From an uncultured Gammaproteobacteria bacterium (lineage in GTDB: Bacteria > Patescibacteriota > Patescibacteriia > VMEV01 > CAYQCH01): DNA of 64,000 bases. The DNA is taken from positions 237,804 through 301,803 of the forward strand of contig CAZDCG010000001.1 of NCBI GenBank assembly GCA_964503955.1. The letters are read 5' to 3'. Below the pieces are notes generated by a model. The model searched no databases, had not been told where the DNA came from, and was given only the letters and a program-made list of their open reading frames with translations. Of this stretch, positions 56,394-64,000 are shown piece by piece; the first letter of the stretch is position 1, and each line of letters opens with the position of its first letter. The position numbers were made by a program, and so were the translations under genes.

Positions 56394-56932
56394 AAGCTGA
56401 ATCTGTTTAACAATGTATAATGCGGACCTTTATTGCTCAGAACCGATTCCATGAGCAGAACAGATGAAACATTTACGATAAAGGGGGGCATGGCAGGTAG
56501 GTCTGCGAGTTTGCCTGCGGATCCCTGCATTCTCGCCAACGTAATATGCGGGATCGGCTCCCTCGTATCAATGACAAGCGCTTCTGAAAACCGTTTCAGT
56601 TCATGCTTCATGTCACGTGCCAGTGCCGTGAACTCCGGTGCTTGAGCAAAGCTCATCCAGATCATCCTTGGAGAACCGTTTTTTAAAGGAACATACTGGT
56701 ACCCAGCGGATATGAGCGTAAACGGCCTATGCATCTTGACCACGCGCTCCACGGCTTCCTTCAAAGCAGACAGCCATTGCTGATCGACATCTCCGAGAAA
56801 TGCCACGGTGATATGATACTGTTCCTTCTCCACCCATTTCACTTGTCCGCCTGCGGAGATTTGCTGAATACACACCAATGCATCTTTTTGTCCATCTGTC
56901 AGCTCAAGAGTGAGAAACAGGCGCTTGCTCAT
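56387..56932 (-). CDS. thpR: RNA 2',3'-cyclic phosphodiesterase (ThpR/LigT, 2H family)
   Basis: Two H-x-T-x motifs (HITVAFLG and HITLAR). ATG 56932 overlaps the stop of the upstream VIT gene (ATGA). Confidence 0.7.
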   Translation of the reverse strand: MSKRLFLTLELTDGQKDALVCIQQISAGGQVKWVEKEQYHITVAFLGDVDQQWLSALKEAVERVVKMHRPFTLISAGYQYVPLKNGSPRMIWMSFAQAPEFTALARDMKHELKRFSEALVIDTREPIPHITLARMQGSAGKLADLPAMPPFIVNVSSVLLMESVLSNKGPHYTLLNRFSLC

Positions 56933-57465
56933 ACAAGCAGCTGAGCCGACCATTTGTGGACGATCGAGCCGACAAAAACGCCTAAGAGAATCGCCACGCC
57001 CCCGATCAGCATCATGCGCAAAGCGGACCGCCAGATCTTTCTTGAAGACAAAATACCCGCCAAAATACCCAGAACAAAAAGCGCAAGCAAAGCCAGCGCA
57101 ATAGACACAGGAAAAGCCTGATGGGTTTCAAGGAATATGTACGGCGCAAGAGGCAAAAACCCGGCGCAAAAATAGGAAATGAACATTACAAGCCCGCCTG
57201 TCACGGTCAAGTGTGCGCTTGGATCCTTTTTCAGCAAAACGCCTCTGCCGGAATCTTCGGCAAGAAAGCTGCCCACGCCCATGGAAAACGCCTCCACAAA
57301 AATCAGCACCAGCCCCGAAAGCAAGATGGTCGCGCGCGGCACGTCTGAAATGGCAATGCCGGACAAAAGCCCCACGGTTGAAACAAGGCTGTCTTCCACC
57401 CCGAAAATGAAGTTACGAAAATAAAATGCGAACTGTTCTCGTCTCATATACCGACAGTGTAGCAC
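56929..57465 (-). CDS. VIT1/CCC1-family (DUF125) membrane transporter
   Basis: GVEDSLVSTVGLLSGIA signature and about 5 TM helices. Confidence 0.65.
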   Translation of the reverse strand: MLHCRYMRREQFAFYFRNFIFGVEDSLVSTVGLLSGIAISDVPRATILLSGLVLIFVEAFSMGVGSFLAEDSGRGVLLKKDPSAHLTVTGGLVMFISYFCAGFLPLAPYIFLETHQAFPVSIALALLALFVLGILAGILSSRKIWRSALRMMLIGGVAILLGVFVGSIVHKWSAQLLV

Positions 57466-57536
57466 AAGAACAGCTCTCCGGCGGCAAAAAACAATCCGGC
57501 CCCGCCTCCTCTTTTGCAGAGAAAACAGGGCCGGGT

Positions 57537-57908
57537 TCAGCGGCGGGCAAATGCTCCGGATATCATGCAGATGAGCGAAGCCATGGCCGCCGCGGCAAGC
57601 GCATTATGCCAGAACCAGCGTTCTAGCCCCGCCTTCGCTCCCTTGGGGAGAAAGGCGCGCTGCATGGACTGAACAATGTCGCGGACGAACGGGAAATGCA
57701 GCAGCGCCGCATAGGTGAGTATGAGCACCAGTGCGGACGCAAGCAATCCTCGCAGCGGATGCCCCTCCGGCATTTTGCCGGTGATCATCAGCCCGAGCAG
57801 CAATCCCATGAGCAGGCCAGGCGATACGCGCCAGACCGCCTGTTGCCATGAAGGCTTATTGCTCTTGCGGGGAACGGGAGCATTGCCGCTTGGCGATGTC
57901 TGTGTCAC
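57537..57908 (-). CDS. small membrane protein, hypothetical
   Basis: 123 aa with 3 TM helices. Confidence 0.35.
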   Translation of the reverse strand: MTQTSPSGNAPVPRKSNKPSWQQAVWRVSPGLLMGLLLGLMITGKMPEGHPLRGLLASALVLILTYAALLHFPFVRDIVQSMQRAFLPKGAKAGLERWFWHNALAAAAMASLICMISGAFARR

Positions 57909-57958
57909 GGTACCTCCTTATATGCGACTCGCAAATCTAACAAAGGAGGAGATTCCTG

Positions 57959-59248
57959 TCAATCATTCTTTGCAAGCACGTGCAGCATCTGTTTCTTGCC
58001 TTCTTCCACGCCCGGCTGGTCAAAGGCATTGATATCAAAGAATTCGGCCAGGTATACGCACGCTAGTTCAAAAAACATAATCAGCTGGCCCAAATGGTAT
58101 TCGTCAATTTGCGGCAGATGAATGGTTCCGCTGGGACGATGATGCGCGGCAAGCCCGAGCACGGTTCCTTTCTGCTCGGCAAGAAGCAGCTCCTGAAAGG
58201 TTTTTCCGCCGGCAAGATCCAAATACCCTCTCCGTTTTGGAATGCGCAAATTGTCAGAACCGCCAGCCGTCAGAAAGGTAATAAGCTTGTCGAACGGACC
58301 TTCATTGTAGAGCTGAATTTGTGAATGCTGATCGCGCGGCCCCATGGCAAGCACGGGCGTAAGGCCGGAATGAACCATCTTCCCTTTCCGATTCCGTGCC
58401 TTGCTAAGGCTTTCGCCAAAAAGCTGGCGGTACCATCCCCCCAGCGATTCAAGCCGGCTTGCATAGGGCATGAGAACGGCAATGCTCTGGCCTTTCTCTG
58501 CTCCAAGTGCGTGCAGACGGGCATAGCGCATGGCGGGATTGTCTGCATCTTTTTTTGCCATGCGGTAAAAAGCCAAAGCGCCTTTCCTCAAGGCGGCAAT
58601 ATCCGCTCCGCAAAACGCGGCGCTCAGCAGCCCCACATTCGAAAGAATAGACCAGCGTCCGCCGATATTCTTTGGATGCGCAAGGATCTGAAAATGTTCG
58701 GCCTCGGCCAGCTTGTGAAGCGCGCCTCCGTTCTTTTCCGTTGTCACAAGCACATGCTTTGCGGCTCGCCCGCCCACGTGCTTAACAAGTTCTCTATGCG
58801 CGGCCAAAAAGACGGAAAGCGTTTCCACCGTATTGCCCGATTTTGAAACAGGGTTGAGCAGGCATTGCTTCCACTTCACCTTTTGCAAAACGGTTCTGAT
58901 CGCTGCGGGATCAACCGTATCGCCCAAAAAATGTACAACCTGTTTACCCTTCTGAGAAAGTGCCTGATGCAATGCCCTCGCGCCAAGATCCGACCCTCCA
59001 ATACCAATAACAAGAAGCTCGGAAAACGTTTTTCTTGCTTTTGCCGCCGCCTGCTGAATTTCACGGGTATGAGACGATGACGCCAAATTTTTTACAAACC
59101 CCTGTTCGCCCGTATCAAGGAACGCATGCGCCGCCTTATGCGCTTTCATCGCCCTGATTTGCTGTTTGCGCAGCTCCTTGTGAGTAATGCCGTATCGGCC
59201 GACACGGTCGGACATCATCAGCGTGGAATCGTAATTCAATTGCTTCAT
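57959..59248 (-). CDS. pgi: glucose-6-phosphate isomerase (short bacterial type)
   Basis: IGIGGSDLGARA, SKSGNTVET, GGRWSILSNVG and HSQIQLYNEGP PGI motifs. Confidence 0.8.
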   Translation of the reverse strand: MKQLNYDSTLMMSDRVGRYGITHKELRKQQIRAMKAHKAAHAFLDTGEQGFVKNLASSSHTREIQQAAAKARKTFSELLVIGIGGSDLGARALHQALSQKGKQVVHFLGDTVDPAAIRTVLQKVKWKQCLLNPVSKSGNTVETLSVFLAAHRELVKHVGGRAAKHVLVTTEKNGGALHKLAEAEHFQILAHPKNIGGRWSILSNVGLLSAAFCGADIAALRKGALAFYRMAKKDADNPAMRYARLHALGAEKGQSIAVLMPYASRLESLGGWYRQLFGESLSKARNRKGKMVHSGLTPVLAMGPRDQHSQIQLYNEGPFDKLITFLTAGGSDNLRIPKRRGYLDLAGGKTFQELLLAEQKGTVLGLAAHHRPSGTIHLPQIDEYHLGQLIMFFELACVYLAEFFDINAFDQPGVEEGKKQMLHVLAKND

Positions 59249-59254
59249 ACGCGT

Positions 59255-59284
59255 AAATCAAAAGACAGGCATTCGCCTGTCTGT
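59255..59284 (-). terminator. terminator after small gene 59311-59559
   Basis: AGACAGGC-attc-GCCTGTCT hairpin with a T-run on the minus strand. Confidence 0.5.
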
Positions 59285-59310
59285 ATGATACTGGTTCTGT
59301 CAAAAACCTT

Positions 59311-59559
59311 CTAGTTTGAAGGCGGAGCATAGGTAGGCCCCATAGACTGCGTGCGCGGGTCTCCTTGCTGCGGCAAAGATGGCGGCGCTGCGGGCTGGCG
59401 GATCTGCGTGCCGTCCGGCGCGGTAACGTATGCGGGAACCTCCTCAATGAGCTGTGTCTTTTTCGCCAGAGCAAAGGTGAAGGAAGCACCAAGCACAAAG
59501 GCCGCCGCCAGAAGGAGAAGCAGCCGCCCAAGGGTAAAGGAGTACATGTCTTTTTTCAT
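59311..59559 (-). CDS. small secreted Pro-rich hypothetical protein
   Basis: A signal peptide, then a P/Q-rich tail. Confidence 0.35.
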   Translation of the reverse strand: MKKDMYSFTLGRLLLLLAAAFVLGASFTFALAKKTQLIEEVPAYVTAPDGTQIRQPAAPPSLPQQGDPRTQSMGPTYAPPSN

Positions 59560-59561
59560 AA

Positions 59562-59933
59562 TTATTTGGCCAAATCAGAAAGGCGCGTTTCTTCTTTGGC
59601 GGCACGTCCGGCTTTTTTCTGCTTTTGGCGAAGTTTGTCTTTATAATCCTTCAACTCCCGCTGAACTTCATCTTTAAGTTTGTCGATCGCTGCGTACAGA
59701 TCCTCCTCCTGCGCCTGCGCGTACAAGGTTGTAGAAGGAACGGAGATATTTGCCTCTGCACGAAAAACATCGCCTTTTCGATGATGATGCGTTGTTCGTT
59801 CAAATTCAAGGTCAATGCTGGCAAACATGCCCTCCGGAATAAATTTATCAAGCTCAATAAGCTTCTTCTGCACGTATTGTCGAATTGCGTCCGTCAACTC
59901 AAAATTTTTTCCCTGCATGAGATTTATTTTCAT
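59562..59933 (-). CDS. hpf: ribosome hibernation promoting factor (HPF/RaiA)
   Basis: MKINLMQGKNFELTDAIRQYVQKKLIELDKF...RAEANISVP matches HPF. The start was moved to the internal ATG (59933); the upstream part of the track ORF is not protein-like. Confidence 0.8.
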   Translation of the reverse strand: MKINLMQGKNFELTDAIRQYVQKKLIELDKFIPEGMFASIDLEFERTTHHHRKGDVFRAEANISVPSTTLYAQAQEEDLYAAIDKLKDEVQRELKDYKDKLRQKQKKAGRAAKEETRLSDLAK

Positions 59934-60003
59934 AAAGTTCACGGGTAAAGGTAAGTCAATGGCTGCCTCCCTATTATACCTTATTTTGTCCTCCCCCGTT
60001 TCA

Positions 60004-60864
60004 CTACTTCTGGCAATTCCTGCAAAAATGCGTTCCACGGCCTGCAATGACGCGCTTTTCGATGAAATCGTCACCACAGCGCAAACATCGCTCGCCCGCG
60101 CGGTTATAAACCCGCAAATGTTTATAAAAACCGCCTTTCCGGCCCGACGCATCCACAAAATTGGAAAAGGTTGTCCCGCGCTTTAAGACGGCAGCCTCAA
60201 GCACCATGGTCAAAGACCGGAAGAGCCGCTTCTGTTCCGCAGGCGAAAGAGAGGCCAATGACCGCCCGGGAAGGATTCTTGCCCGATGCAGAATTTCATC
60301 CGCGTAAATATTTCCTACGCCCGCGATATAGCGCTGATTTAGCAAAAAAGCTTTCACCTCTCCGCGCCGGTTTTTCAGCAATGACGCGAACTGCTCCCAG
60401 GAAAACGGTTCTGCAATCGGATCGATTCCATAGCCGCGCAGATAACCTTCATATTGCTCAGGCCCGACCAACTTGATCCAGCCAAACGTACGGATATCGT
60501 TGAAGTAAATATTCGTACCGTCCGCCAAGGTGATACGGACATGCGTATGCTTATTCGGCAATGATTCCGTGCTCGCCGACGGATGCCCGCCGACCACGAT
60601 TCCTCCAGGAACTTCGCAAATCACCTGCCCGGTCATTTTTAAATGCATGAGCATGCGTTTGTCTCCATAGGCCAGCTCAAAAATGAGCAGCTTTCCTTTT
60701 CGCAGAACCGCTTCAAAACGATTGAGGCAAAGGACTTGTTTCATGTCTTCCGGATCGCTCAAGACGCACTTTCCCGTATAAAACTCAATATCCCGGATCC
60801 CCTTTCCAAGGATGAGATATTGCAAGTCTCTTCGGATTGTTTCTACTTCGGGTAATTCGGGCAT
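60004..60864 (-). CDS. mutM: formamidopyrimidine-DNA glycosylase
   Basis: N-terminal MPELPEVE catalytic Pro, H2TH domain, and C-terminal zinc finger CLRCGDDFIEKRVIAGRGTHFCRNCQ. Confidence 0.85.
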   Translation of the reverse strand: MPELPEVETIRRDLQYLILGKGIRDIEFYTGKCVLSDPEDMKQVLCLNRFEAVLRKGKLLIFELAYGDKRMLMHLKMTGQVICEVPGGIVVGGHPSASTESLPNKHTHVRITLADGTNIYFNDIRTFGWIKLVGPEQYEGYLRGYGIDPIAEPFSWEQFASLLKNRRGEVKAFLLNQRYIAGVGNIYADEILHRARILPGRSLASLSPAEQKRLFRSLTMVLEAAVLKRGTTFSNFVDASGRKGGFYKHLRVYNRAGERCLRCGDDFIEKRVIAGRGTHFCRNCQK

Positions 60865-60917
60865 GGCATTTTGTATAAGCATTCTGCGGAGAATCCAGCT
60901 GAAACTTCCGCAGAATG

Positions 60918-61048
60918 CAGACATTTCAGACTTGCCAGACTCTCAGACAAAACGCCGGTTTGAAGCAGATCTTAAGCCATCAAAGCCGCTCTGTAAAGAA
61001 AGACTCACAGACAACCAGGTCTGTGAGTCTGAAAGGTCTGTACGTCTA
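60918..61048. promoter_or_regulatory. candidate operator module upstream of mutM: four CAGAC half-sites phased 9-9-8 bp plus perfect palindrome AGACTCACAGAC-aaccag-GTCTGTGAGTCT
   Basis: CAGAC at 60918, 60927, 60936 and 60944. Palindrome at 61001-61030. GTCTG/GTCTA at 61036 and 61044. It mirrors the 18253-18325 module when oriented toward the downstream gene. Confidence 0.5.
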
Positions 61049-61054
61049 ACAAGA

Positions 61055-62536
61055 CTATAATTCAAGGCTTCCGTAATGGAAGGCCATGAACACCTTGTAT
61101 CCATCTCCCTGAGGGACAAGCGCCACCCCTGCGCCAACACTATTCCAATCTTCATGATAAATGGTCCGGTAATGCGATCCATTATAAGAGGCTTCTGAAA
61201 GGTAGAAAGCAAGCGTATTGTCCATGGCTTTCTTTATCTGCTCATTGGTCGCGCCTGAAGCATAATCCCAGGAGATATTTTCCGTGAAGTAATTCGACTT
61301 CCATCCATCTTCGCTGTAGCGCTCAGTGAAATCAAGCCCCTTTGCGTCAATCCATTGATGCATGCTCTTGCCGTCCGGACGGTCGTGGCTTGTGACTCCG
61401 CTCTTGGCCATATATTCAGCCCACTCCGTTGCCGTTGCGCGCCAGCGGTCATCGAGCACAAGCAGGCGCAGCCCCTGCTTTGCGCGAAGTTCATTGATCT
61501 TTGAAAGCCAATATTGATTCAACAGATCCAAATCGATCCCCGCTGGAACAGAAGAGTCAGGCAAGAGCTCTTTTTTCTCCTCCTTGACCGGTGTGGATGT
61601 TTTCTTGTCGGTGATCACGTACTTCTCAAATTCTCCAGCCCCGATCTGCTCAAGATCCTTATTCGTAATACCAAGACTCAACTCGCGCATGATGCGGTAT
61701 GCCTCTTCCCCGTCTTTCAGATAATGCAAGGTAAGTTTTTCAGGATGAACATAGTAGGCCTCGCCATGCGCTTGCACTTTCAACACGATTCTTCCCTTGA
61801 TATTCACCAGGACTGACTTGTCGCCTTTCATCGCACGGTCCAGATCGGTATTGGAGATGCCAAGTCCAAAGGAGCGCATCATTTCATACGCGGTCGCGCC
61901 GTCTTTCATGTAAAAGCGCGTGCCTTTCTCGGGGTGCACATACCACGCTTCTCCGTTCTTCTCGACTTGCAAAAGAATATGTCCTTTGACGCGCTCCCTT
62001 AATACTTCTTTTGGCGGCTTGGCTAGCTTCTTGGCAGCTTCTTTCTCCACAAGCGCGCGCTCCTGCTCTTTTAGCAGCTTTTCCTTTTCAGCGAGCTTTC
62101 GTGCATACTCCTCCTCGCTTTTTAATTTTTCCTGCTCCTTGATTTTCTCGTAGCTTTCGTTTTTGACTGTTTCTTTCTTCACATCAGTTGAGCCGTTCTT
62201 TGACGTGATCGAAAGAAAATCCTGCCAGACAAAACCTTTGGTTCCGTCTGAAAGCTGAATCTTATACCAGCCGTCCGCTTCGCCTAAGATCGTTACTGAT
62301 GTTCCTCCGGGAACGGTACGAACCACATTGGAATCCATGCATGTGCGGTCGCGCATATTGACCCCGCTTTTGATTTGCCCGGTCCAGTTCACGGGCGTGA
62401 CCGGGTAATTGCAGTCGATAGTGGCCAATGCCGATGACGGCATGGAGAGCCCGGCAGCCAAAACGATTGCCACGCTGAGAAGAGAAAGACGCGCTTTCAT
62501 AAAAGATGTGTTAAAGACCTTCTTAGTATAAAACAA
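61055..62536 (-). CDS. secreted SH3b-domain / CAP (SCP/PR-1-like) domain protein with two internal ~48-aa repeats
   Basis: A signal peptide, an SH3b domain (NMRDRTCMDSNVVRTVPGGTSVTILGEADGWYKIQLSDGTKGFVW), repeats GHILLQVEKNGEAWYVHPEKGTRFYMKDGATAYEMMRSFGLGISNTDL and GRIVLKVQAHGEAYYVHPEKLTLHYLKDGEEAYRIMRELSLGITNKDL, and a C-terminal CAP domain. Confidence 0.6.
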   Translation of the reverse strand: MFYTKKVFNTSFMKARLSLLSVAIVLAAGLSMPSSALATIDCNYPVTPVNWTGQIKSGVNMRDRTCMDSNVVRTVPGGTSVTILGEADGWYKIQLSDGTKGFVWQDFLSITSKNGSTDVKKETVKNESYEKIKEQEKLKSEEEYARKLAEKEKLLKEQERALVEKEAAKKLAKPPKEVLRERVKGHILLQVEKNGEAWYVHPEKGTRFYMKDGATAYEMMRSFGLGISNTDLDRAMKGDKSVLVNIKGRIVLKVQAHGEAYYVHPEKLTLHYLKDGEEAYRIMRELSLGITNKDLEQIGAGEFEKYVITDKKTSTPVKEEKKELLPDSSVPAGIDLDLLNQYWLSKINELRAKQGLRLLVLDDRWRATATEWAEYMAKSGVTSHDRPDGKSMHQWIDAKGLDFTERYSEDGWKSNYFTENISWDYASGATNEQIKKAMDNTLAFYLSEASYNGSHYRTIYHEDWNSVGAGVALVPQGDGYKVFMAFHYGSLEL

Positions 62537-62585
62537 GCTCGTATTGAAAGAAATAGAACCTTTTCATTTCGAAAACGATACTCTA

Positions 62586-62614
62586 TTGACAAATAAACCT
62601 GACTGTACTATCAT
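62586..62614 (+). promoter_or_regulatory. strong sigma-70-like promoter (TTGACA-17-TATCAT) ~380 nt upstream of response-regulator gene
   Basis: TTGACA at 62586-62591, a 17-nt spacer and TATCAT at 62609-62614. The downstream ~380-nt GC-rich region has no credible ORF. Confidence 0.45.
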
Positions 62615-62996
62615 CGATTTTCGCGTTAAGGAACGTCCTTTGCGCGACGGGATCTGCAACCCGTGGTTTGCAATTCGCGCCCAGGCTTTCGAACCACCCT
62701 CGGAGCCGCCCATCTGCAGAGAGGAGCGCGTATGCGCTTGATCGGCAGAAGCACCTACTACTAGACGAGGCTGTAGCCACAGCCTCCCCAACCCCAGCAC
62801 ACAGGAGGAGATCCGTGCAGTACCGCTGCAGAGATCCGACCTGACCACCGACCCGGTTCGATCCGTTGCCGCCCCTCCGGCCGCGACGCGTCAGCCGGGT
62901 CTTCATTTTGCTTGACAAGAGGGGGATAGCATGACAGGATTGGCCCGTCGGATATGTCCGGCTGCCCGGGAAGGGGGACCATGGTGAATCGTTTAC

Positions 62997-63431
62997 ATGG
63001 TTATCCTGCCCGGGCATTTCTGTTGCCAAATATCAGGGGGAGACTGCGTGCATTCGCCTGTCCTTGTGGTGGAAGATGATCAGGCCGTTTCAGACCTGAT
63101 TCAAACCGTGCTGCAGCAGCTGGGGGAACAATCAGCCGTTTGTGACACCGCCGAAAAAGGAATCGAGCTTATTCAGCAAGGCAGACCGGAAATGGTGATC
63201 ACCGACATGGGACTGGCCGGCAAGCTTGACGGACGGCATGTTGCAAAAAAAGCCGCCGAATGCGGATGTAAAATGATCATTATCATCTCCGGAAACTTGT
63301 CAAAAAGCGGCGAGCTGGCTGAAGAGCTTTATCGGCTGGCGGGGGCAACACCGCTGTATATCTTGCGCAAACCGTTCCGCATCATGGAACTGCAGGAGCT
63401 TATCAGGCAAATGAAGGAGAAGAGATCATGA
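62997..63431 (+). CDS. single-domain response regulator (CheY-like receiver)
   Basis: VLVVEDDQAVSDLI...MVITDMGLAG...IIIISGN...LRKPF receiver motifs. The start is uncertain. Confidence 0.6.
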   Translation: MVILPGHFCCQISGGDCVHSPVLVVEDDQAVSDLIQTVLQQLGEQSAVCDTAEKGIELIQQGRPEMVITDMGLAGKLDGRHVAKKAAECGCKMIIIISGNLSKSGELAEELYRLAGATPLYILRKPFRIMELQELIRQMKEKRS

Positions 63432-63664
63432 GACAATCGATGATCCCGCTGAGCACGATCAGCCAGATCGCCTATGCCTGCTCCATGGCTCTGGCCTTAA
63501 CCGGGCTTGCTGTGCTGGGCCTGCACGATCTGCTCTGCAGCCGCCTCCCCGAGCATCAGTACACCCATGTTGTTCTGATCACGGTCTTCTTTGATCTCCA
63601 GGCATTCTGCTTCTGGATTCTGAGCATCTTCACTTTCCAGCCTGAACAGGTTTATGGAAGATGA
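63428..63664 (+). CDS. small membrane protein, hypothetical
   Basis: Its start overlaps the response-regulator stop (ATGA). Two TM helices. Confidence 0.35.
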   Translation: MRQSMIPLSTISQIAYACSMALALTGLAVLGLHDLLCSRLPEHQYTHVVLITVFFDLQAFCFWILSIFTFQPEQVYGR

Positions 63665-63722
63665 AAGAAAATCGACCCTCAACCGTCAATTATTCTCGGC
63701 GCGGGGCCTGAAAGGATTTGGC

Positions 63723-64000
63723 ATGAAGTTGTTCTTTATCGGTTCGCTCCACATGATCGCGGAGCATCTTCCAAAAGATGTTCCGCCCGAGGTGCAAGTG
63801 TTCACCGGCCCTCATCTGCTGTCAAACTACCTCGACACCTGCGAGGAGCATGACAGCCGGGTCATGATCATCCTCAGCACCTTCGAAGGCCTCTATGAAG
63901 GCCATGAGTTTGGCACAAGCATCAACGGCAAGCTGCCCATCGTCGAGGAGATCAAGACCAAGCGGGCAGACAGCAAACGCATCGTCATTGGCGTAACAGC
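63723..64000 (+). CDS. hypothetical protein, 5' part (runs off window end)
   Basis: ATG 63723, open frame MKLFFIGSLHMIAEHLPKDVPPEVQVFTGPHLL... to the window end. No stop inside the window. Confidence 0.35.
   Translation, partial: MKLFFIGSLHMIAEHLPKDVPPEVQVFTGPHLLSNYLDTCEEHDSRVMIILSTFEGLYEGHEFGTSINGKLPIVEEIKTKRADSKRIVIGVT

Noticed and set aside
62583-63029. 148-aa minus-strand ORF and the nested 73-aa ORF in the GC-rich region upstream of the response regulator
   Set aside because: Composition (Arg/Gly/Ser/Cys-rich) is not protein-like. The region is better explained as a structured leader or ncRNA behind a strong plus-strand promoter.

Overview
This 64 kb window is a gene-dense chromosomal segment of about 50% GC, with short intergenic regions and many overlapping start/stop junctions. 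The style resembles a small-genome bacterium, possibly a CPR/Patescibacteria-like lineage; that is a guess from composition only. Some ORF-track start codons are TTG/GTG, so I moved several starts to internal ATGs that have a ribosome-binding site or a better domain boundary. Main content, in order: the tail of a RimK-like ATP-grasp gene (not in the ORF track), a YceI-like protein, a PadR regulator overlapping a PspC/DUF4097 membrane protein, rlmN, a KGG stress protein, a GlsB/YeaQ membrane protein, DsbB/BdbC, HU, dprA-topA, a short Rel (ppGpp) enzyme, a sensor kinase directly after parA-parB, tRNA-Leu(CAA) and initiator tRNA-fMet, each followed by a partial tandem copy of its own 3' end, a rhodanese and a phosphoesterase, tRNA-Met, two Ser/Thr kinases, a PKD-repeat lipoprotein, an ECF sigma factor translationally coupled to a 1757-aa membrane protein whose N-terminus looks like an anti-sigma factor and whose extracytoplasmic part is alpha-2-macroglobulin-like (the most unusual system here), tRNA-Leu(CAG), tRNA-Ala, a 1.1 kb single-gene island of about 67% GC, tRNA-Cys, a 3D-domain protein, a TrmB regulator, a GT2 glycosyltransferase flanked by two secreted proteins that both start MRTMK, tRNA-Gly, idi, DM13, DoxX, a transglycosylase-like protein, ZnuA-like, IMPase, cca, rluD-like, gmk, rplS, tRNA-Leu(GAG), tRNA-Val, trhO, an FMN reductase, bcp, VKOR, thpR, a VIT-family transporter, pgi, hpf, mutM/fpg, an SH3b-CAP secreted protein and a single-domain response regulator. 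Recurring non-coding signals are a CAGAC/GTCTG module (a palindrome plus four half-sites spaced 9 bp apart) upstream of the rhodanese gene and of fpg, a GTTAAC palindrome cluster with flanking direct repeats, and a tandem palindromic operator over the padR promoter. No CRISPR array, rRNA gene or intact transposase/integrase was seen.
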